From positions 1 through 57,240 of the IMG/VR virus record IMGVR_UViG_3300013126_000037: a DNA stretch of 57,240 nt, one strand, 5' to 3'. A program made the translations under genes and the position numbers. The notes under the pieces were generated by a model. It saw only the letters and a program-made list of their open reading frames with translations, made no database searches and was not told the origin of the DNA. The stretch's first letter is position 1. Each line of letters begins with the position of its first letter. The stretch is from a virus (taxonomy: Duplodnaviria; Caudoviricetes). Positions 26,922 through 35,318 of this stretch are shown one piece after another.

Positions 26922-27544
26922 TACAGATTCACCTCCGGTATTAACATAGTCTCGGGTGCGTCTTCCATGAACAAGTCGGCCTCTGCTTCAGCAGCATCTG
27001 CGTAACTGGCAAGTACTTGGGCTGCGGCAGCAAGTGATTCGGCGTTAGGTTTACTTGTTGGCCATGCTCTAGTGAATATGGCTTTACATTCATCAGTGGA
27101 GATGCTGACTCCCCATATACGGCGGCACTGCTGAACGTATGGGTTTGGAGCCTTCTGTACGGTAGGTTGTGCTTCTATAACTAATGCTCCAGGTATTGGT
27201 GCGTCAACAATACGCTCGCCTTCATCGAGTTCGTCGAGAGCATATTGAGTGCCATAGCCAGCCATCAGTAGCGCACGCCCGACTGCTCCGGTGAGAGATT
27301 TCTCTTCAAAATCAGGAAAGTGCGCGCGATGCTCACGCTTGTGTCCAGTTGCAACCACTCGCCCTTGTGGGTCGGTGATTGATGCACGGGACAAGCACGA
27401 TACCTCGTCAGTGTCAACTATCTCAGCGTTGATGCCCCAGCCATCCGATACGGGATGCTCTTCCCTAAAAAGAGCAATCCTGACGTAAACGGGGGCGTAT
27501 AATTTGCCCCCTTTCATTTTGACCAAGTGGTCTTCAATTCTCAT
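26921..27544 (-). CDS. Putative single-strand annealing recombinase (Rad52/Sak-like fold)
   Basis: 'LY.PV..R...FREEHP', 'A.I.D..GRV.ATGH', 'EK..T.AVGRAL...GYG' pattern; recombination-module context. Confidence 0.6.
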   Translation of the reverse strand: MRIEDHLVKMKGGKLYAPVYVRIALFREEHPVSDGWGINAEIVDTDEVSCLSRASITDPQGRVVATGHKREHRAHFPDFEEKSLTGAVGRALLMAGYGTQYALDELDEGERIVDAPIPGALVIEAQPTVQKAPNPYVQQCRRIWGVSISTDECKAIFTRAWPTSKPNAESLAAAAQVLASYADAAEAEADLFMEDAPETMLIPEVNL

Positions 27545-28220
27545 TGTTGTTCTCCTCTGCCTTGTTGATAAATTCCTCTTCTGGGTCTATGCCATCTTCA
27601 GGATAAGTGTTCTTTACTAGGTCAACTAAAAACGCCGTGTTCTTCATCATTGCCCGAGCAACGTTATGCACACTGCCTCGGTACATGACAGATTGCTCGT
27701 TGTTAGCAAAATGTAGAAGAGGCATAGCAATAATGTTAGTGTTGAGTTCTGCAATGAGCGTGACATCAAAGTTGTCGAGTTGCACGATAAGGTCTGCGGG
27801 TGTTGCTCCAATCACAATGCCACCATTGCGTTCAATGTATGCACCGTCAGACATAATGGCGTATGCCCATGTGTATGGGTCGCATACAAGTGATGCGTCA
27901 TCAGCAGGTGCTTCAGTCAGCCCTGTGGCTTGCCAAGTCAGCCCACCCTTAATGAGTATGATTTCGCCATTGTAAATGGCCATGCGCCAATCAACCGCAA
28001 GAGTGTGCCATGTGGTGACCCCAGCCGTGTAGGACTCGTCGGAAAATGTCCTGGCAAGATCGATGATTTCATCAGGTGTGTCAGCCAAGACAATGGCTCT
28101 GTGGTTAACAGTTTCAATAGCCAGGACGCTGTTGTTGCTAGTGGCAGCGTAATAGACCAACTCGCGATGGTCGTGTGGGACGACGTAGTTATAGTTTGCA
28201 GGAAACTTCATTCTTAGCAA
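27534..28220 (-). CDS. Hypothetical protein
   Basis: 228-aa ORF overlapping both neighbours in the operon. Confidence 0.65.
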   Translation of the reverse strand: MLRMKFPANYNYVVPHDHRELVYYAATSNNSVLAIETVNHRAIVLADTPDEIIDLARTFSDESYTAGVTTWHTLAVDWRMAIYNGEIILIKGGLTWQATGLTEAPADDASLVCDPYTWAYAIMSDGAYIERNGGIVIGATPADLIVQLDNFDVTLIAELNTNIIAMPLLHFANNEQSVMYRGSVHNVARAMMKNTAFLVDLVKNTYPEDGIDPEEEFINKAEENNNEN

Positions 28221-28596
28221 TAAACCTTTCTAACCTTTCGCACTGCACGGATTCGCCGTACAGCCTTTCGTACTCGAGTACGACTTCAATCACGTGGTTA
28301 ACACTACGGCATATGACCGTCATCTTTTGGTCAGCCATTGCTTTTTGCTCTGCACGCACGGCGCCTTTCGTTGTCTTTAATTCGACAGCAATAGCAACGG
28401 GCATCTTCCAGTGTGGGCAATGTATGTACAAGTCAGGGCAGCCTAGTGTGTTTCCTTGCCACCCGGTTGGGTAGTGCATGTTGGAACATCGTGGGCATCG
28501 CACCTTACGCCTTGCCTTTCCAGTTTCAATGACTGTGTAGCCTAAAAAACCAAGCGTGTTTTTGACGAGTAATTGCAGGGCGGATTCGTCTTTCAT
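28189..28596 (-). CDS. VRR-NUC (PD-(D/E)xK) nuclease with CxxC insert; possible Holliday junction resolvase
   Basis: 'E..LQ', 'G.PDL', 'VELKT.KG.V..EQ' motifs; start set at ATG 28596 (RBS GAGGTG). Confidence 0.85.
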   Translation of the reverse strand: MKDESALQLLVKNTLGFLGYTVIETGKARRKVRCPRCSNMHYPTGWQGNTLGCPDLYIHCPHWKMPVAIAVELKTTKGAVRAEQKAMADQKMTVICRSVNHVIEVVLEYERLYGESVQCERLERFIAKNEVSCKL

Positions 28597-28726
28597 ATGC
28601 CACCTCATGTGGTATGATTGAACTGAATCACCCTGAAACTGATTCAAACCTCCTCTTGTTCTAATACAGCAGCTCCGCCTTATCCTTCAGGTGGGGCTGT
28701 TGTCATTTCTACGTGCGTAGTAGTTC

Positions 28727-28755
28727 ATCATACGACAAATATATCTACGGAGCAA
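28727..28755 (-). promoter_or_regulatory. Sigma70-like promoter for the recombination/replication operon
   Basis: Minus strand TTGCTC-N17-TATGAT; overlapped or flanked by TATCTACG direct repeats at 28742 and 28763. Confidence 0.6.
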
Positions 28756-28774
28756 AGTAGTTTATCTACGCTAA

Positions 28775-29347
28775 TCATTTACGCTTGACTGAGTTGACCC
28801 AATCCCAGCAATAACGGCATAATCCCAGGGTGAGCTTGTATCCTTTAACTGACGTGTTGACCTGTGCTACGGTGCATGCGAACATGCATGCTCTGTGGTC
28901 AGGAGCTCGTCGGAATAAATCCTCAATCTCTGGGTTTGCGTGTACTGTTGCTACCCAATCTGCGTGTATGTGAGTTGGATGAGCATGTGACGTTATAGGA
29001 TCCATGTGTATCTTTTGCCGTTTGCGGTTCCACTTTTGCTCGACCACTACAACTCCTTTGTCGATGCCGATTAAATACGCTCTTCGTGCTGGATGTTGTC
29101 CATTGAGAGCTGCCAATAACCTGTCATGGCTACGCAAACTGATGTTGTATGTATCTACAGCAACGGTTGTTGTAAGCTTGTCAGTGACCGCAGAGCGCGC
29201 CCACTCAGTCGCAACTGAGTGAGCATGCTCGCGATCTGTGAACCATTCGGTTTTGTATCCGGATGTTACGCGATAGTAAATCACAAAGGCAAAACCTTCA
29301 TTTGTTTTCGCTGATGGCAGCATCTGCATGTCCACCATGGTGTCCAT
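28775..29347 (-). CDS. Hypothetical protein
   Basis: 190-aa ORF co-oriented with the operon; exact start uncertain. Confidence 0.6.
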   Translation of the reverse strand: MDTMVDMQMLPSAKTNEGFAFVIYYRVTSGYKTEWFTDREHAHSVATEWARSAVTDKLTTTVAVDTYNISLRSHDRLLAALNGQHPARRAYLIGIDKGVVVVEQKWNRKRQKIHMDPITSHAHPTHIHADWVATVHANPEIEDLFRRAPDHRACMFACTVAQVNTSVKGYKLTLGLCRYCWDWVNSVKRK

Positions 29348-29730
29348 TCGCCAGCAAGAAACGAGTCGACGAGTTCAGCTGCGGGCATAACTATCAAGTT
29401 GCGTCCAGGATACTTAGTGTGTGCCACCTGGGCGTGAACAATGACGGGTCCAGCCTGTTCCGTGAGTTCGCCTTCGACCAGGACAATGTGCTGGCTGTTA
29501 ATCAGTGATTGAGGATTTACACCTGATAAAGACTCAGGTACATCAAATGTCACAATGGACAAGTCCCATTCAGGCCAATTGAGCGTGCATTTAAATGACG
29601 AATTATCATCCCGATGAGTCCAAATGAAAGGTGATACCTTTTGCCACCTTTGTTGCAACTCTGGTTCAGCAGCTGCAGCCCATTCATTCATAAGCAGATG
29701 AACAATTGCATCTGCATCATTACGTTTCAT
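29281..29730 (-). CDS. Hypothetical protein
   Basis: 149-aa ORF, ATGA-coupled to the small upstream ORF. Confidence 0.6.
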   Translation of the reverse strand: MKRNDADAIVHLLMNEWAAAAEPELQQRWQKVSPFIWTHRDDNSSFKCTLNWPEWDLSIVTFDVPESLSGVNPQSLINSQHIVLVEGELTEQAGPVIVHAQVAHTKYPGRNLIVMPAAELVDSFLAGEWTPWWTCRCCHQRKQMKVLPL

Positions 29731-29831
29731 TTCAATACCCTCGCAGCAATCACAATAAACTCAACCAATCCGCGTACTACGTGATAGACGGTCACTAATA
29801 CGCCCGATAAAAAGAAGAGGATGATCAGCAT
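29727..29831 (-). CDS. Small membrane peptide (34 aa, MLIILFFLSGVLVTVYHVVRGLVEFIVIAARVLK)
   Basis: Read manually (below the track cutoff); stop overlaps the next start (ATGA); GGTGA RBS-like sequence upstream. Confidence 0.45.
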   Translation of the reverse strand: MLIILFFLSGVLVTVYHVVRGLVEFIVIAARVLK

Positions 29832-29992
29832 AGATGTCACCCCGTAAAACAAATGCAACAAAGATTTACTCCTTCAATAAATAACTTGCATCCAACCCAA
29901 TATAAACTTGCACTTAACCACAAAGCACAGTTATTTGCCAACCATAATCAGAGCAATACCTGCGTGTGTGTGTAATGGTTTTGCCGTCAGGC

Positions 29993-30021
29993 AAAAAAAT
30001 AGCCGACCCGAAGGTCGGCTA
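29993..30021 (-). terminator. Intrinsic terminator (part of truncated repeat R0)
   Basis: TAGCCGACC-TTCG-GGTCGGCTA followed by T7 on the minus strand. Confidence 0.9.
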
Positions 30022-30026
30022 AGTAA

Positions 30027-30254
30027 TTACCACTGCTTCTCCCATTCTTCGTAGTGGTTCCAGCCAGCATCTGTGATTAGCCAGTAGGTGCAACCCCGCT
30101 CATCAGCACCCTGTGGCGCTACAAAACCTTTCTCAACCAAGACTGCCATTTCGTCTGCAAACTCCGTCTCCGGAATCATGCAGAACCTATGACCCGTACG
30201 CTTGGCAACATATACATGATGCAACAAGTGCGACTCTCTGTATTTTAGATACAT
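30027..30254 (-). CDS. Hypothetical protein (possible winged-helix fragment)
   Basis: RBS GAAAGG; 'LVEKGFV......YWLITDAG' resembles a wHTH wing. Confidence 0.6.
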   Translation of the reverse strand: MYLKYRESHLLHHVYVAKRTGHRFCMIPETEFADEMAVLVEKGFVAPQGADERGCTYWLITDAGWNHYEEWEKQW

Positions 30255-30266
30255 TTATTGACCTTT

Positions 30267-30902
30267 CTACGAGAGCATCCCTGCCACCGTTGTGAGCAGT
30301 ACACGTGTTGGACTGCCAATCATCGTGTACGTGTGGCGAGATGTCTCACCAATCTTGACGCTGACACAGGTGAAATACGTGTCATCGTCAGGACGGCGGA
30401 ACTGCACATGAACAGCGCCCCTCGAACTGTTGGACGAGAGTTCGATGATTTCGACATCGCCCTTGTCATCGGAAAGGCGATTGTGCGTAATCTGCATCGA
30501 CTTACGTACAAAGACGTTGTCGAACTTTGCGACTGCATCCAGCACGTCCAACGTGCACAACCGATGTTGGTCACTGAGAGCTTGAAGCACTTCGTGGATG
30601 CCCGCTGCGTCCGTCTTGACGTACCAGTGAAAGAACTGGCACATCTCAGGGTGCGACTGAATCAGCGATGGTTGCTGATACAACTCGGCAGAAACAGGGG
30701 TGTTTCCATTCTCTGATAATCCGTCCAGGCTGAAGACTTCCAACTTTACGATGTGAAACTTGGACGCTTCATTGACGAGTGCGTCAGCCAGTTTGCGGTG
30801 TGGGAAGAAGGCGTTGCCATCGCAGACATAGATGTCCACGTCTGCCCACTCGTTCGACTCTTCATTGACAACATGCGTAACACGCAAATAAATCTTGTTC
30901 AT
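30267..30902 (-). CDS. Hypothetical protein
   Basis: Start moved to ATG 30902 (RBS GAGGAGG, 5-nt spacer). Confidence 0.7.
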   Translation of the reverse strand: MNKIYLRVTHVVNEESNEWADVDIYVCDGNAFFPHRKLADALVNEASKFHIVKLEVFSLDGLSENGNTPVSAELYQQPSLIQSHPEMCQFFHWYVKTDAAGIHEVLQALSDQHRLCTLDVLDAVAKFDNVFVRKSMQITHNRLSDDKGDVEIIELSSNSSRGAVHVQFRRPDDDTYFTCVSVKIGETSRHTYTMIGSPTRVLLTTVAGMLS

Positions 30903-30914
30903 ACAAACCTCCTC

Positions 30915-30942
30915 GCTGGTGATTCGCCCCACCAGCAGGGCG
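30915..30942 (-). ncRNA. Predicted H-type pseudoknot in mRNA leader (copy 1)
   Basis: CGCCC-U-GCUGGUG-GGGCG-AAU-CACCAGC directly before GAGGAGG; second copy shows compensatory changes. Confidence 0.7.
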
Positions 30943-30950
30943 CTCAAACA

Positions 30951-31241
30951 TTACGATACGACTTCCCACCCCATCTGTTCGAGGGCGGTATCACCCTTGA
31001 GCAGTGGAACATTGCCTTTTTCACGAGCATGCCACAAAGCAACGTTGACCTGCATCAACTGCCCGTTGATTGGACGTGTCAGGTAAACCTGATCGCCTTC
31101 AGTGTGCGTTGTCGCAGCGATTGACTGTGCTTCAACGTCCCACACCGCCGCCTGCTCCATTCGGCAAGCGGAATCAATCGCACGTGCCAGATTGACGAAA
31201 ACGATTGCCCGTTGATTCGGGGCTTTGACTACAAAACTCAT
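30951..31241 (-). CDS. Hypothetical protein
   Basis: ATGA coupling to the upstream gene. Confidence 0.65.
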   Translation of the reverse strand: MSFVVKAPNQRAIVFVNLARAIDSACRMEQAAVWDVEAQSIAATTHTEGDQVYLTRPINGQLMQVNVALWHAREKGNVPLLKGDTALEQMGWEVVS

Positions 31242-31456
31242 TGGTCACCATCCTTCACCTGAAGCGTCACGCCGTCGACCTTGTATGCATCATGCATGTT
31301 GGACGCAAAGGTCATCGCTTGGTCAAGCGTATCGAACTGATGTGTGGTGTTACTCAACAGGTTGTTCTGTCCGTTGTCGTATCGCACGTAGCGATAGACG
31401 TGGACAGTCTTGGCGCCCTTGTCGAGCGTAATCGTGCCATCGTAATGGGCTTTCAT
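31238..31456 (-). CDS. Hypothetical protein (72 aa, MKAHYDG...)
   Basis: Start at the ATGA overlap with the upstream stop. Confidence 0.65.
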   Translation of the reverse strand: MKAHYDGTITLDKGAKTVHVYRYVRYDNGQNNLLSNTTHQFDTLDQAMTFASNMHDAYKVDGVTLQVKDGDQ

Positions 31457-31788
31457 CTGTTTCTCTCTGCCTCCTTGTTCTCTGCAACATGGTCGAGGTA
31501 TTGAAACCATTTCTCCTCTTCCCATGCTTCGTTGGCTTCGTTGTCATCTCGCAGACTGTATGTCGGTGCAACGCCGTTAACGAAGTCTTCATCAAACGTT
31601 TGCCCGCAACGGTCGCACATTGGCTCCAACCCAAACTCGACAATCTCACCCTTGGTGAGTCTGAAGTCCGAGCTGGGCGCCAAGTCTGGACAGCAGTCCA
31701 AACACATGAACTGTTCGCCGATTGCGGAACCAACCACGCCAAACAATATGGCGTGGTCATCCTTCACATCCCAAAGTTTACTAGTCAA
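31453..31788 (-). CDS. Acidic CxxC...CxxC zinc-finger-like protein
   Basis: CLDC...CDRC; RBS GGAGG. Confidence 0.65.
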   Translation of the reverse strand: MTSKLWDVKDDHAILFGVVGSAIGEQFMCLDCCPDLAPSSDFRLTKGEIVEFGLEPMCDRCGQTFDEDFVNGVAPTYSLRDDNEANEAWEEEKWFQYLDHVAENKEAERNR

Positions 31789-32398
31789 GAGGAACCTCCT
31801 TGTTGAGAATGACGGCGTGTACTTGTTCCACCGTCAATGGTTTGATTTTGTAGTTGAGTTCAGGGTCATCACTGCGGCAGTCGCATGCCCCACCGCAACA
31901 TGCACAACTCTCACGTTTCTGACACCAGCACTGACGGCAGTCAGACAACCGACTCTCAATGTGCGATGGATACTTGATGTAATTAAGCACTGGTACGCCG
32001 TTGAGAGCAACCGTCAGTTCAAACTCAAAGCGAAGCACCTCATGCTTGACCGTGATGTACACGTGAGCAAAAGATGCTTGTGTTGTGAGTTCTAACCACT
32101 TGTTCCAGTTGCCAACCATGTGTACGTTGACAGTGATGTCGTTTGGATACGCATTACAGATGCTCACCAACAGGTTGGATGGCGTGACCGTGCCGGGGAA
32201 GTTATGCCCGACATTGCCACAGACCACACTAGTCTCACACTTGTATGGGTTGCCCCATGCGACAGCGTGAAACAACTCAGGAGTCACAAGCAGTTCTGTA
32301 CCAGCACCACACGCCCACGTAGTGGACGGGTGCGTGATGATTTTCTGCACAAGAGACTGAACATCAGACTCATGATAATGACTAAAACGAGAATCCAT
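31781..32398 (-). CDS. Hypothetical protein with Cys-rich C-terminus
   Basis: Start at ATG 32398 (RBS GAGGAGG); 'CRQCWC....CACCGGACDC'. Confidence 0.65.
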   Translation of the reverse strand: MDSRFSHYHESDVQSLVQKIITHPSTTWACGAGTELLVTPELFHAVAWGNPYKCETSVVCGNVGHNFPGTVTPSNLLVSICNAYPNDITVNVHMVGNWNKWLELTTQASFAHVYITVKHEVLRFEFELTVALNGVPVLNYIKYPSHIESRLSDCRQCWCQKRESCACCGGACDCRSDDPELNYKIKPLTVEQVHAVILNKEVPLD

Positions 32399-32410
32399 AC
32401 AAACCTCCTC

Positions 32411-32438
32411 GCCTGTGTTTCGCCCCACAGGCAGGGCG
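32411..32438 (-). ncRNA. Predicted H-type pseudoknot in mRNA leader (copy 2)
   Basis: CGCCC-U-GCCUGUG-GGGCG-AAA-CACAGGC directly before GAGGAGG. Confidence 0.7.
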
Positions 32439-32448
32439 CTGGAAAAAA

Positions 32449-32808
32449 CTAAAGAGTCTTGGCTTCCAAGTCCATGTCAATGAACTCGTCCCAAAACCAC
32501 TGCACACGCCACTTCAAACCGTGTGCGTCCCATTCGACCCGCCAGCACGTCTCAGGGTCATCGGTGTAGTTGATGCGTGTAATGGTGAACTTAGCACCCT
32601 CACCGACACGGCGAACAATGTTCACAATGTCGTAGTGCATCACAGCAGTCATGTCCATCACAATGACTTGCGTCTTCGGTGTCTTACGCACCGCCATCAG
32701 CCAATAACCTTCCGCATGGGTAGGGGCGTTGTGAATCAGCAGATTCGTCATCGCCCTCCCACCCTTGATAGGCACAACACTCATTCTCTCGAGTTTATAG
32801 ATGCTCAT
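32449..32808 (-). CDS. Hypothetical protein
   Basis: RBS GGAGGTGA; ATGA overlap with the upstream gene. Confidence 0.65.
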   Translation of the reverse strand: MSIYKLERMSVVPIKGGRAMTNLLIHNAPTHAEGYWLMAVRKTPKTQVIVMDMTAVMHYDIVNIVRRVGEGAKFTITRINYTDDPETCWRVEWDAHGLKWRVQWFWDEFIDMDLEAKTL

Positions 32809-33257
32809 GGAATCACCTCCAGTTCCATCATCAACAAACGGTCATCGAACTCACCAAGCAGTTCCCCAAGGTTCCACAGAAACCAAGTGAACGCATAGTC
32901 GTAATCCTCGCCGAGGTTCTCAGGCACGCCGTGACCATGCACATAGTCAAACACGTCAGAGATGACAACGTCATAACCAATCGTGTCAGCAAGCGTGCGA
33001 ACATACTCACCAAACGCCATGCAGCGGGGCATCGTTGTCAAGGCGCCATCCTCTGCTTCCTCCTCGGTCACTTCATTGTAGTGATGCTCGAGCAAGTCCA
33101 CTGCAACATCACCGTCAACACCCCACTTCGACAAACCAAACCACAACGCCTTGTGAAAGACAGGAGCGTCAGATGCAAACAACGAACGAACATACGACTG
33201 CAAACGCAGTCCTTCAGCGACCAACATTGGCTTATCGCCATTCAGATAATCAGACAT
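32805..33257 (-). CDS. Acidic hypothetical protein
   Basis: Start moved to ATG 33257 (RBS GAAAGGTGA); D/E-rich. Confidence 0.65.
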   Translation of the reverse strand: MSDYLNGDKPMLVAEGLRLQSYVRSLFASDAPVFHKALWFGLSKWGVDGDVAVDLLEHHYNEVTEEEAEDGALTTMPRCMAFGEYVRTLADTIGYDVVISDVFDYVHGHGVPENLGEDYDYAFTWFLWNLGELLGEFDDRLLMMELEVIP

Positions 33258-33465
33258 AAATGTCACCTTTCGTAGAAACAATCCAAACAAGACAAACCCC
33301 AACAATACACACCAATACACATATCACTCACAACAGATACATCCGTGACAAACAAAGATGACCGCTAGGGCATTTTTCTTGACGAATCAAGGCTAAAACC
33401 CAAGATTTGGTACATCTATACGGGAACTCTTGTAGAGTCTGTGTATGGGCTTCCTACGTGCCTAC

Positions 33466-33560
33466 GGAGGCATGCAGAAATCGACCCCCTCCGTGTCGCT
33501 AAGTCACGGGGAGGGTGCAGAATCTGCACCGCAGGTATTGGGGAGGGTGCAGAATCTGCA
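33466..33560 (+). repeat. Intergenic copies of the initiator-gene iteron
   Basis: GGGGAGGGTGCAGAATCTGCA at 33508 and 33540; degenerate GGAGGCATGCAGAAATCGAC at 33466; the 15-mer core is the exact reverse complement of the 25407/25431 repeats. Confidence 0.8.
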
Positions 33561-33562
33561 TC

Positions 33563-33783
33563 CCACAGTAAAAGTACAAGTCGTGGCACGCCACTAACTC
33601 AAACGGAACGGTACTTGCGGGGATGATATAGATTGTGCGGGCAATCAATTTTCAAATACTTGCGTGGTGTATGTGTGCTACCGCCAAGCCCTGGCAATCC
33701 AAACCAGAGCAGTACTAGCGGGTTGTGTGTGTGGTCTCGATTTCGAGACAAAAAAAGGGCGGGGAGCCGAAGCCCCCCCACCC
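33563..33783 (-). promoter_or_regulatory. Cassette repeat R1 (terminator + hairpin + three boxes + degenerate -10 block)
   Basis: Boxes TACTTGCG 33612, TACTTGCG 33657, TACTAGCG 33713; CCAC..GTAC block 49 bp before box 1; TTCG-loop terminator with T7. Confidence 0.75.
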
Positions 33784-33786
33784 TGT

Positions 33787-34272
33787 TTAGTTGTCCGCCC
33801 AGTGAGCGATGAGAACATCAAGAGCGTTCTTGAGTTCTGCTCGAACAATGACCTTGATGTCATCGTTGGATGGGACGTTCTCCCTGACCGACTCGTCAAT
33901 GAGTTCGGCAAGTTGGGACTTGAACGCCCACGAATCGCAGTAGCGTTCTACAGCTGCGTCAACGTCAATGTCTGGCTCGTCCGTGTCCTCCAAATCGCTG
34001 ACACGGCTTTCGATGTCGTCAACCTTGCTGTCAAGGTCGGAGATGTCCGACTCAGCCTCGCCGATACGCTCAACGAGTTTGCACTCGTTGTTGTCGGTAG
34101 CGACAACGTGGTCTACGAACTCCCGGCGAATCTCTTCCTTGAAAGGGTCGATTGAAGCGTCGATGATTTGCTGGATGTCTTCGACTCGTGTGCCAGTTGG
34201 AGTCAGTTCGACTTTCATGGCTCCGATGAGTTCGATGACGAGGTCTGCGATGCGTTTGGACTGATTGTCCAT
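33787..34272 (-). CDS. Acidic coiled-coil protein (cassette cargo)
   Basis: Heptads ISDLDSK-VDDIESR-VSDLED; RBS GGGAGA; sits between R2 and R1. Confidence 0.75.
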   Translation of the reverse strand: MDNQSKRIADLVIELIGAMKVELTPTGTRVEDIQQIIDASIDPFKEEIRREFVDHVVATDNNECKLVERIGEAESDISDLDSKVDDIESRVSDLEDTDEPDIDVDAAVERYCDSWAFKSQLAELIDESVRENVPSNDDIKVIVRAELKNALDVLIAHWADN

Positions 34273-34326
34273 GGTGGTTCTCCCACACGTCCTAAGTGAT
34301 GCAGTCGATGTACGCTACACCCTTGA

Positions 34327-34488
34327 ACACTATATAAGTACAGATGCAGTAGGATGCCTAACTGTAGCCAACCCATACCTGCGTGGTTTATGTAGATTGT
34401 GGCGGTTGCTTAATTTCCCAATACTAGCGTGGTGTGCTTGTGGTTTTTGCCAACGGCAAAAAAAGGGAGGGGGCTTTCGCCCCATCCC
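34327..34488 (-). promoter_or_regulatory. Cassette repeat R2
   Basis: ACAC 34327, boxes 34376 and 34422, GAAA-loop terminator. Confidence 0.85.
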
Positions 34489-34489
34489 A

Positions 34490-35296
34490 TCAACCCATCG
34501 GGAGAGTCACCCACTTTTCCGATGGACCGTGTGCCCGGATTGCAACGTTGCGGGTTCCGTCGCATTTCAGGCATCGTTCGCACGGTATCAGTTCCATGCG
34601 TCCCTTGAACTGCGGGTCGGACACACACGACGTGGTGCGCGTCAATGACCGAAACAGTTCTTTGTAGTTGTCATGCGGAAGCACAGTGAATGTGCCCCAC
34701 CCGGCATGCACAGCACGGTAATGGTCATCGGGTGAATCACACGAAGCCATCACGGTACCACGAAGCCATTCGCCATGCTTCGCATTCCACTGGTGAGTGT
34801 ACCCAGTACGCCCTTTCGCATACGGTAGTATGCATTCCCACACGTGCTGTGGGATAGCCGCTGGGTCACCATAGGCACCCATGCGTAATGGGCGACCCGT
34901 CGCCGCTATCGCACGTTGCACAGTGTGAACATCTGGCATGGGAACATTACCGCGTTCCCATGCACGCCAGATTGTCAAAGGACCCTGCCCGACATTTACG
35001 TAACAGGTCCTCATTACTTTGACTTTGCCCTTTGCATTGCGGCGTTCCTGCATCATGTGTGGGCATCGATTCTTTCCGATACCGCAGATGCTACCGTCCA
35101 ATCCAAGCTTTATCGCTTGAACTGGGTCAATATCCAAACGCATGATATACGTTTGAATCATTGCACCAGTCTTGCGATTACGGGAAAGATTGGACAATCC
35201 CGAAACAAACAATCCAATGGGGGCGCCATCGATTGCAGACGGTCCTGCCCACAGCAGGAACGTGTTATGACGTGAAATACCGTGTTTTGTAAACAT
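34490..35296 (-). CDS. Conserved-looking Cys-motif phage protein, possibly metal/Fe-S binding (cassette cargo)
   Basis: Start at ATG 35296 (RBS GAAAGG); motifs NRKTG.M.Q, SICG...CPH, CYV, R.G.YGDP, TGYTHQW, MASCD, C..C..C, AHG. Confidence 0.7.
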   Translation of the reverse strand: MFTKHGISRHNTFLLWAGPSAIDGAPIGLFVSGLSNLSRNRKTGAMIQTYIMRLDIDPVQAIKLGLDGSICGIGKNRCPHMMQERRNAKGKVKVMRTCYVNVGQGPLTIWRAWERGNVPMPDVHTVQRAIAATGRPLRMGAYGDPAAIPQHVWECILPYAKGRTGYTHQWNAKHGEWLRGTVMASCDSPDDHYRAVHAGWGTFTVLPHDNYKELFRSLTRTTSCVSDPQFKGRMELIPCERCLKCDGTRNVAIRAHGPSEKWVTLPMG

Positions 35297-35318
35297 GGCA
35301 TACCTTTCAAACATCACA

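Noticed and set aside
32805-33257. ArdA antirestriction protein
   Set aside because: Only general acidity and a loose resemblance near the C-terminus; the characteristic ArdA N-terminal motifs are not visible.
30258-34264. Plus-strand ORFs of 100-190 aa opposite the leftward operon
   Set aside because: They overlap minus-strand genes that have strong RBSs and stop/start coupling, and show no recognisable motifs.
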